A program made the position numbers and the translations under genes. 64,000 bases of DNA, taken from contig CAJOEM010000001.1 in NCBI GenBank assembly GCA_905233725.1, positions 2,772 to 66,771 on the forward strand. The letters are read 5' to 3'. Below are positions 36,601-44,768 of the stretch, piece by piece; position 1 is the stretch's first letter; each line of letters opens with the position of its first letter. Source of the DNA: an uncultured Synergistales bacterium (lineage in GTDB: Bacteria > Synergistota > Synergistia > Synergistales > Aminobacteriaceae). A model generated the notes under the pieces. It did no database searches, was not told where the DNA came from, and saw only the letters and a list, made by a program, of their open reading frames with translations.

Positions 36601-38129
36601 ATTATGCGAAAGACGAAATTACAGGATATGACGTTACGTATTTCTTCGAGTACAGTGGCGAGGAAATCGTGCGTGACACAAGCCCTACGATCAAAATCGG
36701 AGCAAATGATACAGAGACACTTTACGCGCTGCACTTGAATTACGGTGACGGAGTTTCGAACGTTGCTCTGGGATTCGTTCAGAATGACGCAGCAAAAGAA
36801 CAATTCAGGGCGAAAAATATCACGCAATACACGGACGCTCTCGGAAATTCCCGCCCGGCAAGCTACAACTGGGACGCAGGTTCACGCCAGTTATCGAACG
36901 GCATCAGTTCCCCGGAAGAAGAAGAGGTGAAGAACACAAATCTCATCACGGCGATAAAGATCAGCGGACTTCCTGTAACTTTGCGGCGCGTTGGTCAGAC
37001 TGCGAGTTTGGTTGTGTATGGACTTGACGCTGGCGGAAATGTAATCTCGCGAGACATGAACGTGACTTGGACTTATGATGATTACTTCGTGAGAATTTAT
37101 GACGATAACACGATTGTTGCTATGAACTTGACAACACAGGAACCCGGCGGTTACACGGAAATTACAGCTACGGCGGCAACTCCGGCTGGCGATCGTGTTG
37201 ACACACGGCGAATCAAAATCACAGAGGCAGCATCTCAGGGACGTTACTCGAATATTAGCAGCAAGTATCTCGAAGAAATCGGCGATTTTAACGCATCAAG
37301 CACGTATTCAAGTGTAGCGATTGGAAATTCTGCGGCAAAATCTTCAACGCTTGATCTGGTTCAGGCTGCGAGTTTCCAAACGGCGTTTCAGGAGACGTAC
37401 CCTGGTGCAGCAACACTCGTAACTCAGGTCGAGAATATCGGCGACGATGTAGATTTCGCGGTCGAAGCAAATTCTGACGTTGTAGATTACTCGGATTCTG
37501 AAAAATTCGTTGCGGCAAAAGACGGCATTGATATTATGATCAACGGACGCAGCAAAGGTGATGTGTTGCCGGTCGAATATTCCTGGATTTACACGCGCGA
37601 AGAATTGCAGAACTTGTTGGGCACGAAATACTCGCCTGAAAATCTCAACGCTGAAAATCTTCAGGACGTTCTGAGAGTCGCATTCAAAACGGATAATTCT
37701 GTTTATGTTCCTGTGATTGGCTCGAACGCTGTTTCACTTCAGGACGCTTTCGCAGCAAACTCACTCTCGATTGACACTGATAACGAAGATAACCCGGGTG
37801 GAGCTGTAATTCGATTCACGGCTTATCTCGCAAATATCGCGTCAAACAAAACTCAACTCGTAAATTCCACGGCGAATAACAAGCTGCTGATTGTCCCTGA
37901 CGGAATTGATTCAGATACAAGAATCGCTGGCACAATGTTCATGCTTCAGAAAAAACTCGATGTTGCAAATTCTGGCGGCGGCAGTCATGACGGTTCTGGA
38001 GACAGAACTAATGACGGAAGCAGCGGCGGAAATTCCATGAGCAAATCCGGCGGTGGCGGTGGCTGCAATAATTTCGCGATGAGTGGATTACTGGCACTGT
38101 TGTTCTTACTCAGGAAATCTAGACGGTAA
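33603..38129 (+). CDS. Giant (1508 aa) Pmp-repeat parallel beta-helix surface protein with a Big_2-like domain and a Synergist-CTERM-like tail
   Basis: Signal peptide MRKILFLALAFVLLIVSSASA. There are dozens of FxxN...GGA(I/V/L)Y repeats (e.g. FTNNSASESGGAIY). An Ig-like segment is present (ITAIKISGLPVTLRRVGQTASLVVYGLD...). C-terminus SGGGGGCNNFAMSGLLALLFLLRKSRR. RBS AAGGAG at 33591, and the ATG is 1 nt after the upstream stop. Confidence 0.7.
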   Translation: MRKILFLALAFVLLIVSSASALELPSYSGTRLTSSDIKAYVEDFYNGISFDEEPEIDSEFSLTVAGANINVPSALNIPCDLGAFTIHYKILSEDVSGDETVNTYVDTSKEVNMIMMQLALDSGTFTKANGSDRHFVVNNSGTLTVNSGVTLDGGGTGGGIRYNGGNLAIEGVTFNNNHADNGGALYLGSGTSLMLNGSNTFTNNSASESGGAIYNAGTLTFSEAITFSKNEASGNDGGAIYSSGNLTFSGTANFDTNKANGSGGGIYNASTLTFADSVTFSINTASGDGGAIYSSGIVRLVGTDNKFTTNTATNGSGGAIYYSATGSLEFGSNYTFNGNNASADGGAVYSQVNVTVSGANFTGTGSNARGGAVYSTKTVNVSSGNFVSFNTSESGGAIYADGAVNIEGGSFSECTSGSGGAIYSNGLVTISSGDFSQCGATNFGGVIYANSSAKPNLKITGGTFTKETANYGGVAFSASGVDIEGGTFGGSNTDKNSALNGAVIYASGDVDVSGGTFDSNESTGNNDSGSGGGVIFAAGEIGVSGGTFTRNTADSAKGGVFYGLSNIDISGGTFGGSKADKNSASSGGVVYSDSDVNISGGEFVSNDATGTATRSGGGAIYASGDVSITGTPNFAGNSSSRYGGAIYTNGDLTLNGNIIFEGNKSESYGGAIYALGTISGNTSSYLPIFTGNVAESRGGAIYTDANITLENVSFDNNSSNEGGGGAVYTSKKATFTNSTFTNNIAAGDDARGGAIFADGSVSITSSTLTNNSAISDGGAIHTGLDGTSSITKSVFKNNIASETGIGSGGAIYLDNSNPQHNFTITDSIFLNNRAQAQGGALRIDGNSVTITRCYFYENQSDSAMNGGAAYLAAAKIVVVNSTFYKNTTLGGDGGALYLDDLSDPGDATTSAALLVNTFVGNNCGAGRGGALYVTRENETEMFGNLLVGNEAPERSGKDVFVEQGKRIRSRGYNILTNIGVLTSGSASTVNWKNTSFVIGNYAKDEITGYDVTYFFEYSGEEIVRDTSPTIKIGANDTETLYALHLNYGDGVSNVALGFVQNDAAKEQFRAKNITQYTDALGNSRPASYNWDAGSRQLSNGISSPEEEEVKNTNLITAIKISGLPVTLRRVGQTASLVVYGLDAGGNVISRDMNVTWTYDDYFVRIYDDNTIVAMNLTTQEPGGYTEITATAATPAGDRVDTRRIKITEAASQGRYSNISSKYLEEIGDFNASSTYSSVAIGNSAAKSSTLDLVQAASFQTAFQETYPGAATLVTQVENIGDDVDFAVEANSDVVDYSDSEKFVAAKDGIDIMINGRSKGDVLPVEYSWIYTREELQNLLGTKYSPENLNAENLQDVLRVAFKTDNSVYVPVIGSNAVSLQDAFAANSLSIDTDNEDNPGGAVIRFTAYLANIASNKTQLVNSTANNKLLIVPDGIDSDTRIAGTMFMLQKKLDVANSGGGSHDGSGDRTNDGSSGGNSMSKSGGGGGCNNFAMSGLLALLFLLRKSRR

Positions 38130-38155
38130 ATTATAATTCGTGATAGCAATCTTGT

Positions 38156-38183
38156 GGCGGGTGTAACAGCCCGTCATTTTTTT
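38156..38183 (+). terminator. Rho-independent terminator after the surface-protein operon
   Basis: Stem GGCGGG / CCCGTC (one G-U pair), followed by A and a T7 run. Confidence 0.6.
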
Positions 38184-38271
38184 GTTGACGATGTGCGCGT
38201 GTGGTGATAAACTTGCGACGAAAATTGATTGGTTAAATATAATCAGATATAATTCAGAAAGAGATGATAAC

Positions 38272-39189
38272 ATGTCAGTGCAATATAAAGATTATTATAA
38301 AATTCTTGGAGTGTCGCGAGATGCAAAACCAGACGAAATTCGCAAAGCTTACAGGAAATTAGCGAAACAATTTCACCCGGATGTCTCGAAAGAAGCCAAC
38401 GCCGAAGAAAAATACAAAGAGATTAACGAAGCCTATGAAGTCCTGAAAGATCCGGATAAAAAACAGAAATACGATACACTCGGAATGAATTGGCAATCAG
38501 GTCAGGATTTCACACCGCCGCCGGGTTGGGGAAATATGAACGGTCAAAGCTTCACATTCGAAGGAGATGTCGGAGGCTTCAGCGATTTCTTCAGAACGAT
38601 TTTCGGCGGAATGTCTGGTGCGAGAAGTTCGGGCTTCGGAAATCTGAATGACCTGTTCAATCAGACTGGCTATTACGATTCTCACAGACCAATGCGCCAA
38701 GACTCAGAAGTAAATCTCACGCTCACACTCGAGGACGTTTTCAAAGGCGGCTCTCGTAACTTGCGCTTGAGATCAAAAACCGGTGAACGCGAAATTAACG
38801 TGCGACTTCCCAAGGGCATAACAGACGGCTCGCAGATAAAATTACCCGGCAAATCCGAAAATGGCGGCGATATTTACGTGAACATTCACATTGCGAAACA
38901 TAATATATTCACGATTACGAACAAATTTGATTTAACGCGCGAATTGAAAGTTGCTCCGTGGGACGCGGTTTTGGGCAAAGATATTCAGACGGATACGCTC
39001 GACGGAAATGTAACGGTGAAAATGCCGCCAGGTTTTCAAGACGGTCAGAAATTGCGCCTTCGTGGGAAAGGTCTGCCGAATCGTGACGGAGGTTTCGGCG
39101 ATATGTATATCCAGATTAGAATCGAAATCCCCCGTCATATTAACTCGCAGCAAAAATCTTTGTGGCAGGAACTCGCAAAATTAGGCTAA
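38272..39189 (+). CDS. cbpA: J-domain co-chaperone of CbpA type (J domain + G/F region + C-terminal domains, no zinc finger)
   Basis: KDYYKILGVSRDAKPDEIRKAYRKLAKQFHPD (HPD motif), a G/F-rich linker, and no CxxCxGxG repeats. The ATG at 38272 is preferred over the ORF-track start. Confidence 0.8.
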   Translation: MSVQYKDYYKILGVSRDAKPDEIRKAYRKLAKQFHPDVSKEANAEEKYKEINEAYEVLKDPDKKQKYDTLGMNWQSGQDFTPPPGWGNMNGQSFTFEGDVGGFSDFFRTIFGGMSGARSSGFGNLNDLFNQTGYYDSHRPMRQDSEVNLTLTLEDVFKGGSRNLRLRSKTGEREINVRLPKGITDGSQIKLPGKSENGGDIYVNIHIAKHNIFTITNKFDLTRELKVAPWDAVLGKDIQTDTLDGNVTVKMPPGFQDGQKLRLRGKGLPNRDGGFGDMYIQIRIEIPRHINSQQKSLWQELAKLG

Positions 39190-41082
39190 ATTCTTCAAAT
39201 TCTTCCGTGAGTCACGCGCAATTATAACGGAAATTAACTGAACATCAGTCGGCGTAACTCCGGAAATTCTCAATGCGTGTCCGAGTGAATCAGGTCTGAA
39301 AAACTTCAGCTTCTCCCTACACTCCGCACGCATGCCTTTTACTGAATCATAATCGAAATTATCCGGAATTTTCGCGCCGTCAAGATTCTGCATTCGTTCA
39401 GCAATTTTCGATTCACGCTCAAGATAACCCGAGTATCGCAGCTCAGTCTCAACGTGAAATCTCTCGTCAGGTTCCAGTTCTGAATCATGATCCAGATTCA
39501 AATTCAATATCGCACGGATCAATTCATACGTAACGCCTCTGTGTCGCAAAAATTCCGCACAAGTCATGGACTCACTCAGAATTTCAGAGCCGAATTTCTC
39601 ACACAAAGCTTTGTTCTCGTCACTTGGGATTATTCGCGTGTTGTGCAATCTCGCAATCTCAGAATTTTCACGCTCAAATTTTCGTTCAAGAATCGCAAAT
39701 TTCTCGTCATCAATCAAACCAACTTTTCGCCCGTAATTACTCAATCTGTGAGCAGGATTATCCCAACGCATTAACAATCTGTGTTCGCAGCGGCTTGTCA
39801 GCATTCTGTACGGTTCATCTGTGCTTTTCGTCGTCAAATCGTCAACCAACACGCCCAAATACGCTTCGGATCTTCCCAAAATCAGCGGCTCTTTCTCCTG
39901 CACGAATAATGCAGCGTTAATTCCTGCGAGCAATCCTTGAGCAGCAGCTTCTTCATAGCCAGAAGTCCCGTTGACCTGACCGGCGCAGAAAAATCCTGAA
40001 ATATTCTTGTTTTCGAGATTGTGCTTGAGTTGATTCGGGATCAAATACGCGTACTCAATCCCGTAACCCGGCTTGATAATTTTCGCGTTCTCACAACCGG
40101 GCAGCGATTTCACCATTTCAACCTGAACGTCATAAGGCAGGCTCGTCGAGAAATTCTGAACGTAAACTTCATTTGTGTTATTCGACACCGGCTCAAAGAC
40201 AATCGGGTGCGTTATGTGATCCGGAAATCTCAGAAATTTATCCTCAATCGAAGGGCAATATCGGGGTCCATGCGAAATTACGTCTCCGGTAACGAGCGGC
40301 GATCGCTTGATATTTTGCGCTAGAATCTCGTAAGTTTTCTCAGTCGTCCGTGAAAACCAGCACGCGTAATCCGACCTGTAAACTTTCCCCTCACCGAATA
40401 TGTCAAAGCATAACGGCTCATTCTCTGAACGTTGAGCTTCTGCGAGCGAAAAATCTATCGTGTTAATATTTAGTCTCGGTGTAGTATCCGTTCTCATTCT
40501 GCCGGTCTGAATGCCAAGATTAGTTATAGAGTTCAGGAGTTTCTCGGAATTATTCTGACCCATCGGTCCCGATTTGAACGAAACGTCCCCGACAAAAACT
40601 CTGCCTGAAATATACACACCTCCGCACAAGACAACAGCTTTGCAATTATATTTCGATCCGTGACGAGTGATTATTCCTGTTACGTGATTATCCTGAGTTA
40701 AAATTTCGATTGCCTCGTCCTGATGTATATCCAGATTTTTCAAGCTGGTCAAAATTTTCCGGTAATATGTGCTGTACTGAATCGGATCACACTGCGCTCG
40801 CAACGCACGAACTGCCGCACCTTTGGAAGTGTTCAGCCAGCGAATCATCAGTGTAGAATTATCCGCAGCATTCGCCTGTTCACCGCCCAACGCGCTGACT
40901 TCCCGTACTAAATGACCTTTTGCTGGACCGCCGATTGATGGATTGCATGGCATCAGAGCTGTGTTATCAACGTTCAGATTCAGCATCAATACCCGACAGC
41001 CAATTCTCGACGCGGAAATTGCAGCCTCACAGCCGGCATGACCTCCACCGATTACAATTATGTCGTAAAAATCCTGATACAA
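39181..41082 (-). CDS. mnmG: tRNA uridine-5-carboxymethylaminomethyl synthesis enzyme MnmG (GidA)
   Basis: YDIIVIGGGHAGCEAA (FAD site). Full-length collinearity with the GidA family. The TTG at 41082 lies 6 nt after GGGAGG and gives MYQDFYDIIV..., which is the usual N-terminus. Confidence 0.9.
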   Translation of the reverse strand: MYQDFYDIIVIGGGHAGCEAAISASRIGCRVLMLNLNVDNTALMPCNPSIGGPAKGHLVREVSALGGEQANAADNSTLMIRWLNTSKGAAVRALRAQCDPIQYSTYYRKILTSLKNLDIHQDEAIEILTQDNHVTGIITRHGSKYNCKAVVLCGGVYISGRVFVGDVSFKSGPMGQNNSEKLLNSITNLGIQTGRMRTDTTPRLNINTIDFSLAEAQRSENEPLCFDIFGEGKVYRSDYACWFSRTTEKTYEILAQNIKRSPLVTGDVISHGPRYCPSIEDKFLRFPDHITHPIVFEPVSNNTNEVYVQNFSTSLPYDVQVEMVKSLPGCENAKIIKPGYGIEYAYLIPNQLKHNLENKNISGFFCAGQVNGTSGYEEAAAQGLLAGINAALFVQEKEPLILGRSEAYLGVLVDDLTTKSTDEPYRMLTSRCEHRLLMRWDNPAHRLSNYGRKVGLIDDEKFAILERKFERENSEIARLHNTRIIPSDENKALCEKFGSEILSESMTCAEFLRHRGVTYELIRAILNLNLDHDSELEPDERFHVETELRYSGYLERESKIAERMQNLDGAKIPDNFDYDSVKGMRAECREKLKFFRPDSLGHALRISGVTPTDVQLISVIIARDSRKNLKNLA

Positions 41083-41116
41083 AAACTTTCCTCCCAAATA
41101 GCTAAATAGCAAAATA

Positions 41117-41947
41117 TTATTTCACAAACTGCGCGAGAAATTCTACATCAAGATTCTCACGCAGCAAATTCGCGATTGAATTATAAACGCTTTCACGATC
41201 ATTTTCGCAATCACAATCACCAGGCAAGTCACTTAGCGAATCTTCGGACTCAAGATTTATGTTCATGTCATACGGGATCACGCCGAGAACTTTCACGCCC
41301 GTATAATTCTCCGTCCAATCTACAGCCGATCTGAATAAGTCGATTTCACCGCGAAACTTGTTGAAAATAATCCCCTTCACACGCTCGCGATCTTTTCCCA
41401 GCAATTCCAGCGTGCCAATGACCGAAGCTAACGATCCGCCCCTGTCAACGTCAGCGATTAATAATACAGGAACATCAGCTTCACGCGCAATTCTCATGTT
41501 CACGATCTCGAACGCGTTGAGATTTACTTCCGCCGGACTTCCTGCGCCCTCGATTATGATTGCGTCAAAATTACTCGCGATAATATTCAGAGCTGAACGA
41601 ATCGCATTTATTCCCAAATTCTGCGTAAAGTCGCGAAAATAATTTCTGCCGGATTCGATTGCGAATTTCCTGCCGTTCAAAAATATCTCGGACGTTGAAT
41701 TATTCCTGGGTTTCAGCAAAATCGGGTTCATGTAAACTTCGGGCGTTAATCTCGCAGCCAAAGCTTGTTCATATTGAGCCGTGCTGATCTCCAGACCTGA
41801 ATCTATCATAACTGAATTATTCGACATGTTCTGAGACTTGAACGGGCAAATTCTCACGCCTAAATCCGAGAATATCCTGCACAATCCCGTCACAAGAAAA
41901 CTTTTCCCGGAATTTGAGCATGTACCCTGAATCATTACACCTTTCAT
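41117..41947 (-). CDS. Cobyric acid synthase CobQ/CbiP, N-terminal ATP-binding (CbiA-type) domain only. The glutamine amidotransferase domain is absent.
   Basis: VMIQGTCSNSGKSFLVTGLCRIF...PFKSQNMSNNS...MNPILLKP...IIEGAGSPAEVNL...VNM...LIADVDRGG...IFNKFRG are collinear with CbiP residues ~1-250. The ORF stops just after the domain boundary (LESEDSL...). Confidence 0.65.
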   Translation of the reverse strand: MKGVMIQGTCSNSGKSFLVTGLCRIFSDLGVRICPFKSQNMSNNSVMIDSGLEISTAQYEQALAARLTPEVYMNPILLKPRNNSTSEIFLNGRKFAIESGRNYFRDFTQNLGINAIRSALNIIASNFDAIIIEGAGSPAEVNLNAFEIVNMRIAREADVPVLLIADVDRGGSLASVIGTLELLGKDRERVKGIIFNKFRGEIDLFRSAVDWTENYTGVKVLGVIPYDMNINLESEDSLSDLPGDCDCENDRESVYNSIANLLRENLDVEFLAQFVK

Positions 41948-42032
41948 GAAAACTCTCCTGCAAAAAATTCTAATACTCAGCTAAAATTATATTTGGATAT
42001 TATATTGTATATATTGGAAAGGAGCGATTAAT

Positions 42033-44678
42033 ATGTATTTGATAACCAGTCACTTGAACACGGATTTCGATTCACTCGCAAGCATGGTCGCAATCAGCAA
42101 ATTATATCCCGATGCTGTGATTTGTCCGCCGGGCTCAATGGATAGAAAAGTCAAAGATTACATGACGCGAAACGGTCATCTTTGGAACATCACGAAGCCA
42201 AAGAAAGTCAAACTCGATGATGTAGACTTGATGGTCGTAGTTGACGCACGCTCACGACAACGAATCGGAATTTTCTCAGCACTCGCAGACCGCCCGGATA
42301 AAGTCGCGATTCACGTTTACGATCACCATCCGCCAACACTCGACGATTTGCCAGCCGAAGAAATTGTTTGCGAACCAGTTGGAGCAGCAGTCACGATGAT
42401 TTTCGAGCATTTATTACAGGAAAAGAAAGCGATTACTCCCGAAGAAGCTACGTTATTTGCTCTGGGAATTTACGATGACACCGGAGCTTTGACTTATGAC
42501 AGCACGACTGAACGAGACATTGCAGCACTGGAATATCTCAAGCAGCTCGGCGCGGATTTATCGCAGGTATTATTACGGGTTGAGAGCGCGATTTCGTCCG
42601 AAGACCGCCATATTTTGGACGCTTTGGCAGAAAATGCTCGTGAAAGTTATATCAACGGCGCAAAAGTCTTTCTGAGCTTCATGGAAACCGAAGAATATGT
42701 TCAGGGCTTGTCACTGTTCGTGCAGAAATTAAAAGATTACTGTGCAGCACACGTTACGATTATTGTCGTAAATAACGGCGGCAAAAAAATAAATATAATT
42801 GCTCGAAGTGCTCCGGACGTTCTGAACGTGAAGAAATTTCTCGAACCATACGGCGGCAGCGGACATTTACAGGCAGGCAGTGCGACAGTGACTGAGCGTG
42901 ATCCGGTTGAATTACTCGACGAAATCGAAGCGCGTCTGTATCAGGAAATACCGCCTATGTTAAAAGTCTCGGATATTATGGACTCGCCGGTTATTGCCGT
43001 AGATCCGGATTCAAAAGTCGACGAAGCTTACAGAACTATGCTGCGTTTCAGGCTGAAATCTCTGCCGGTTGCAAATTCTGACGGTGAAGTTCTTGGAATG
43101 ATGACTCGAACGGATTTAGACAGAGCACACTTACACGGACTTGATAAAGCCAGGATTAGCGATTTCATGACGCGCGGAGTTATCACGCTTGACTCAGACG
43201 CATCTATTGACGAGGCTCACAGGATCGTCGCAATGTACGGATTTGAGAAAATGCCTGTGCTTGAGAACGGGAAACTCGCTGGAACTTTGACGCGTGCAGA
43301 TTTGCTTCGGGCGTTGTACAGGTCGGGACAATTTGCGCGGAAAAATTCTCAGGATAAAAAATCGGATTTCATGTGGCGTGAGAATATTGCGCACTTAATG
43401 CAGGATTCTTTCCCGGACAAAACACTCGCACTCTTAAAACGCCTGGGAGCAAAAGCCGAATCAATGGGAATGCGCGCGTATTTAGTCGGCGGAACTGTTC
43501 GAGATATTCTGATGGGAGTTGAGAACACTGACATAGATATTTCGGTCGAGGGCGATGCTGAGAAATTAGTCCGAGCTTGGGACGAACCTGGCTGCAAAAG
43601 CACAGTTCACGGGCATTATAATACCGGCACGATTACGTTTCCTGACGGTGAAAAAGTTGACGTAGCTACAGCACGACGCGAATTTTACGAACATGCAGGA
43701 GCTACACCGATTGTACGCAGCGATTCGCTAAAGCAGGATTTAGGACGGCGGGATTTCACGGTGAACGCTATGTCGATCTCACTCAGCGAAAATGATTGGG
43801 GAACTTTGACTGACAGCTTCGGAGGCAGAACGGATTTGCGCGATGGATTGCTGAGAATTTTGCATAATCTGAGCTTCGTTGAAGACCCATCGAGAATTTT
43901 GCGCGGAATCAGGCTTGAACAGAGACTCAAAATGACGTTCGAAGACAACACGCTGAGATTCTTGAAAAGCGCCGTCAAAGGTGGCTTACTCGAATGCTTA
44001 TCAACGCCGCGAATCAGAGCCGAACTCGAATTAAACGCGAAAGAGAAATGTTTCAACGAGATTGCGCTACGAATGCAGGAGCTGAATATCTGGCAATCGT
44101 TATTCCCTGGGATTTACATATCCGAACGCTTCGAGAAAAGATTAAACGTCATGAAAAGTTTCCTGCAGTATTTCAGGAAAAATAACGCGCTTGACCTGAA
44201 AAATCTGGAATGGATTCTTAAAATGGCGATTGTTTTGCATGACTCAGAACCCGAGATCAAATTTGCAACGATGGATCGCTTGAGCTTGCACCCGGCTGAG
44301 CGTGAAGAGCTGACAAAGTGTTTCTCAAAATGGGACGTTATAAAAAATCTTTGTGAACGTTGCGAACGTAAAGACCTGAAAAATTCTGAGGCGTATTCAG
44401 TCCTGAAAGATTATAATTCCGTGCCGCTGATTTACTGGCTGATATGTCTTGACACGCAGGAATCTCGCTCAGTAATTTTCAAGCACATCGAGAAATGGCA
44501 GAATCTCAAAGGCGAATTAAACGGCGGGGACTTGCAGAAAATGGGCTTGAAGGGCAAGACAATCGGCGAAGTTCTGAACGAGATCAAGCTCGAAAAAATC
44601 GATGGCAAATTAACAACTCGCGATTCTGAGATCGAATACGTGAAAGAATTTATCGAGCAGTATTTCATCGAACGCTGA
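42033..44678 (+). CDS. Multidomain DHH/DHHA1 phosphoesterase - CBS pair - class II nucleotidyltransferase (poly(A) polymerase/CCA-adding family) fusion protein
   Basis: N-terminal HLNTDFDSLASM...DHH (YDHHPP)...GGSGH (DHHA1). Two CBS modules follow. Then YLVGGTVRDILMG..TDIDISV (GG..RD, DxD) and RRDFTVNAM, plus EDPSRILRGIRL. Confidence 0.7.
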   Translation: MYLITSHLNTDFDSLASMVAISKLYPDAVICPPGSMDRKVKDYMTRNGHLWNITKPKKVKLDDVDLMVVVDARSRQRIGIFSALADRPDKVAIHVYDHHPPTLDDLPAEEIVCEPVGAAVTMIFEHLLQEKKAITPEEATLFALGIYDDTGALTYDSTTERDIAALEYLKQLGADLSQVLLRVESAISSEDRHILDALAENARESYINGAKVFLSFMETEEYVQGLSLFVQKLKDYCAAHVTIIVVNNGGKKINIIARSAPDVLNVKKFLEPYGGSGHLQAGSATVTERDPVELLDEIEARLYQEIPPMLKVSDIMDSPVIAVDPDSKVDEAYRTMLRFRLKSLPVANSDGEVLGMMTRTDLDRAHLHGLDKARISDFMTRGVITLDSDASIDEAHRIVAMYGFEKMPVLENGKLAGTLTRADLLRALYRSGQFARKNSQDKKSDFMWRENIAHLMQDSFPDKTLALLKRLGAKAESMGMRAYLVGGTVRDILMGVENTDIDISVEGDAEKLVRAWDEPGCKSTVHGHYNTGTITFPDGEKVDVATARREFYEHAGATPIVRSDSLKQDLGRRDFTVNAMSISLSENDWGTLTDSFGGRTDLRDGLLRILHNLSFVEDPSRILRGIRLEQRLKMTFEDNTLRFLKSAVKGGLLECLSTPRIRAELELNAKEKCFNEIALRMQELNIWQSLFPGIYISERFEKRLNVMKSFLQYFRKNNALDLKNLEWILKMAIVLHDSEPEIKFATMDRLSLHPAEREELTKCFSKWDVIKNLCERCERKDLKNSEAYSVLKDYNSVPLIYWLICLDTQESRSVIFKHIEKWQNLKGELNGGDLQKMGLKGKTIGEVLNEIKLEKIDGKLTTRDSEIEYVKEFIEQYFIER

Positions 44679-44691
44679 TTACGCAGCAAAA

Positions 44692-44732
44692 AAGCCACCG
44701 GTTATGATCAAGCATCAAGCATCCAGTGGCTT
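44692..44732. terminator. Hairpin between convergent genes (possible bidirectional terminator)
   Basis: AAGCCACCGG ... CCAGTGGCTT (9/10 complementary), flanked by an A-run and TTAT. The 21-nt loop is long. Confidence 0.4.
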
Positions 44733-44768
44733 TATGTTTCTATAATTGCAAATTACGTTAGCTTTCTC

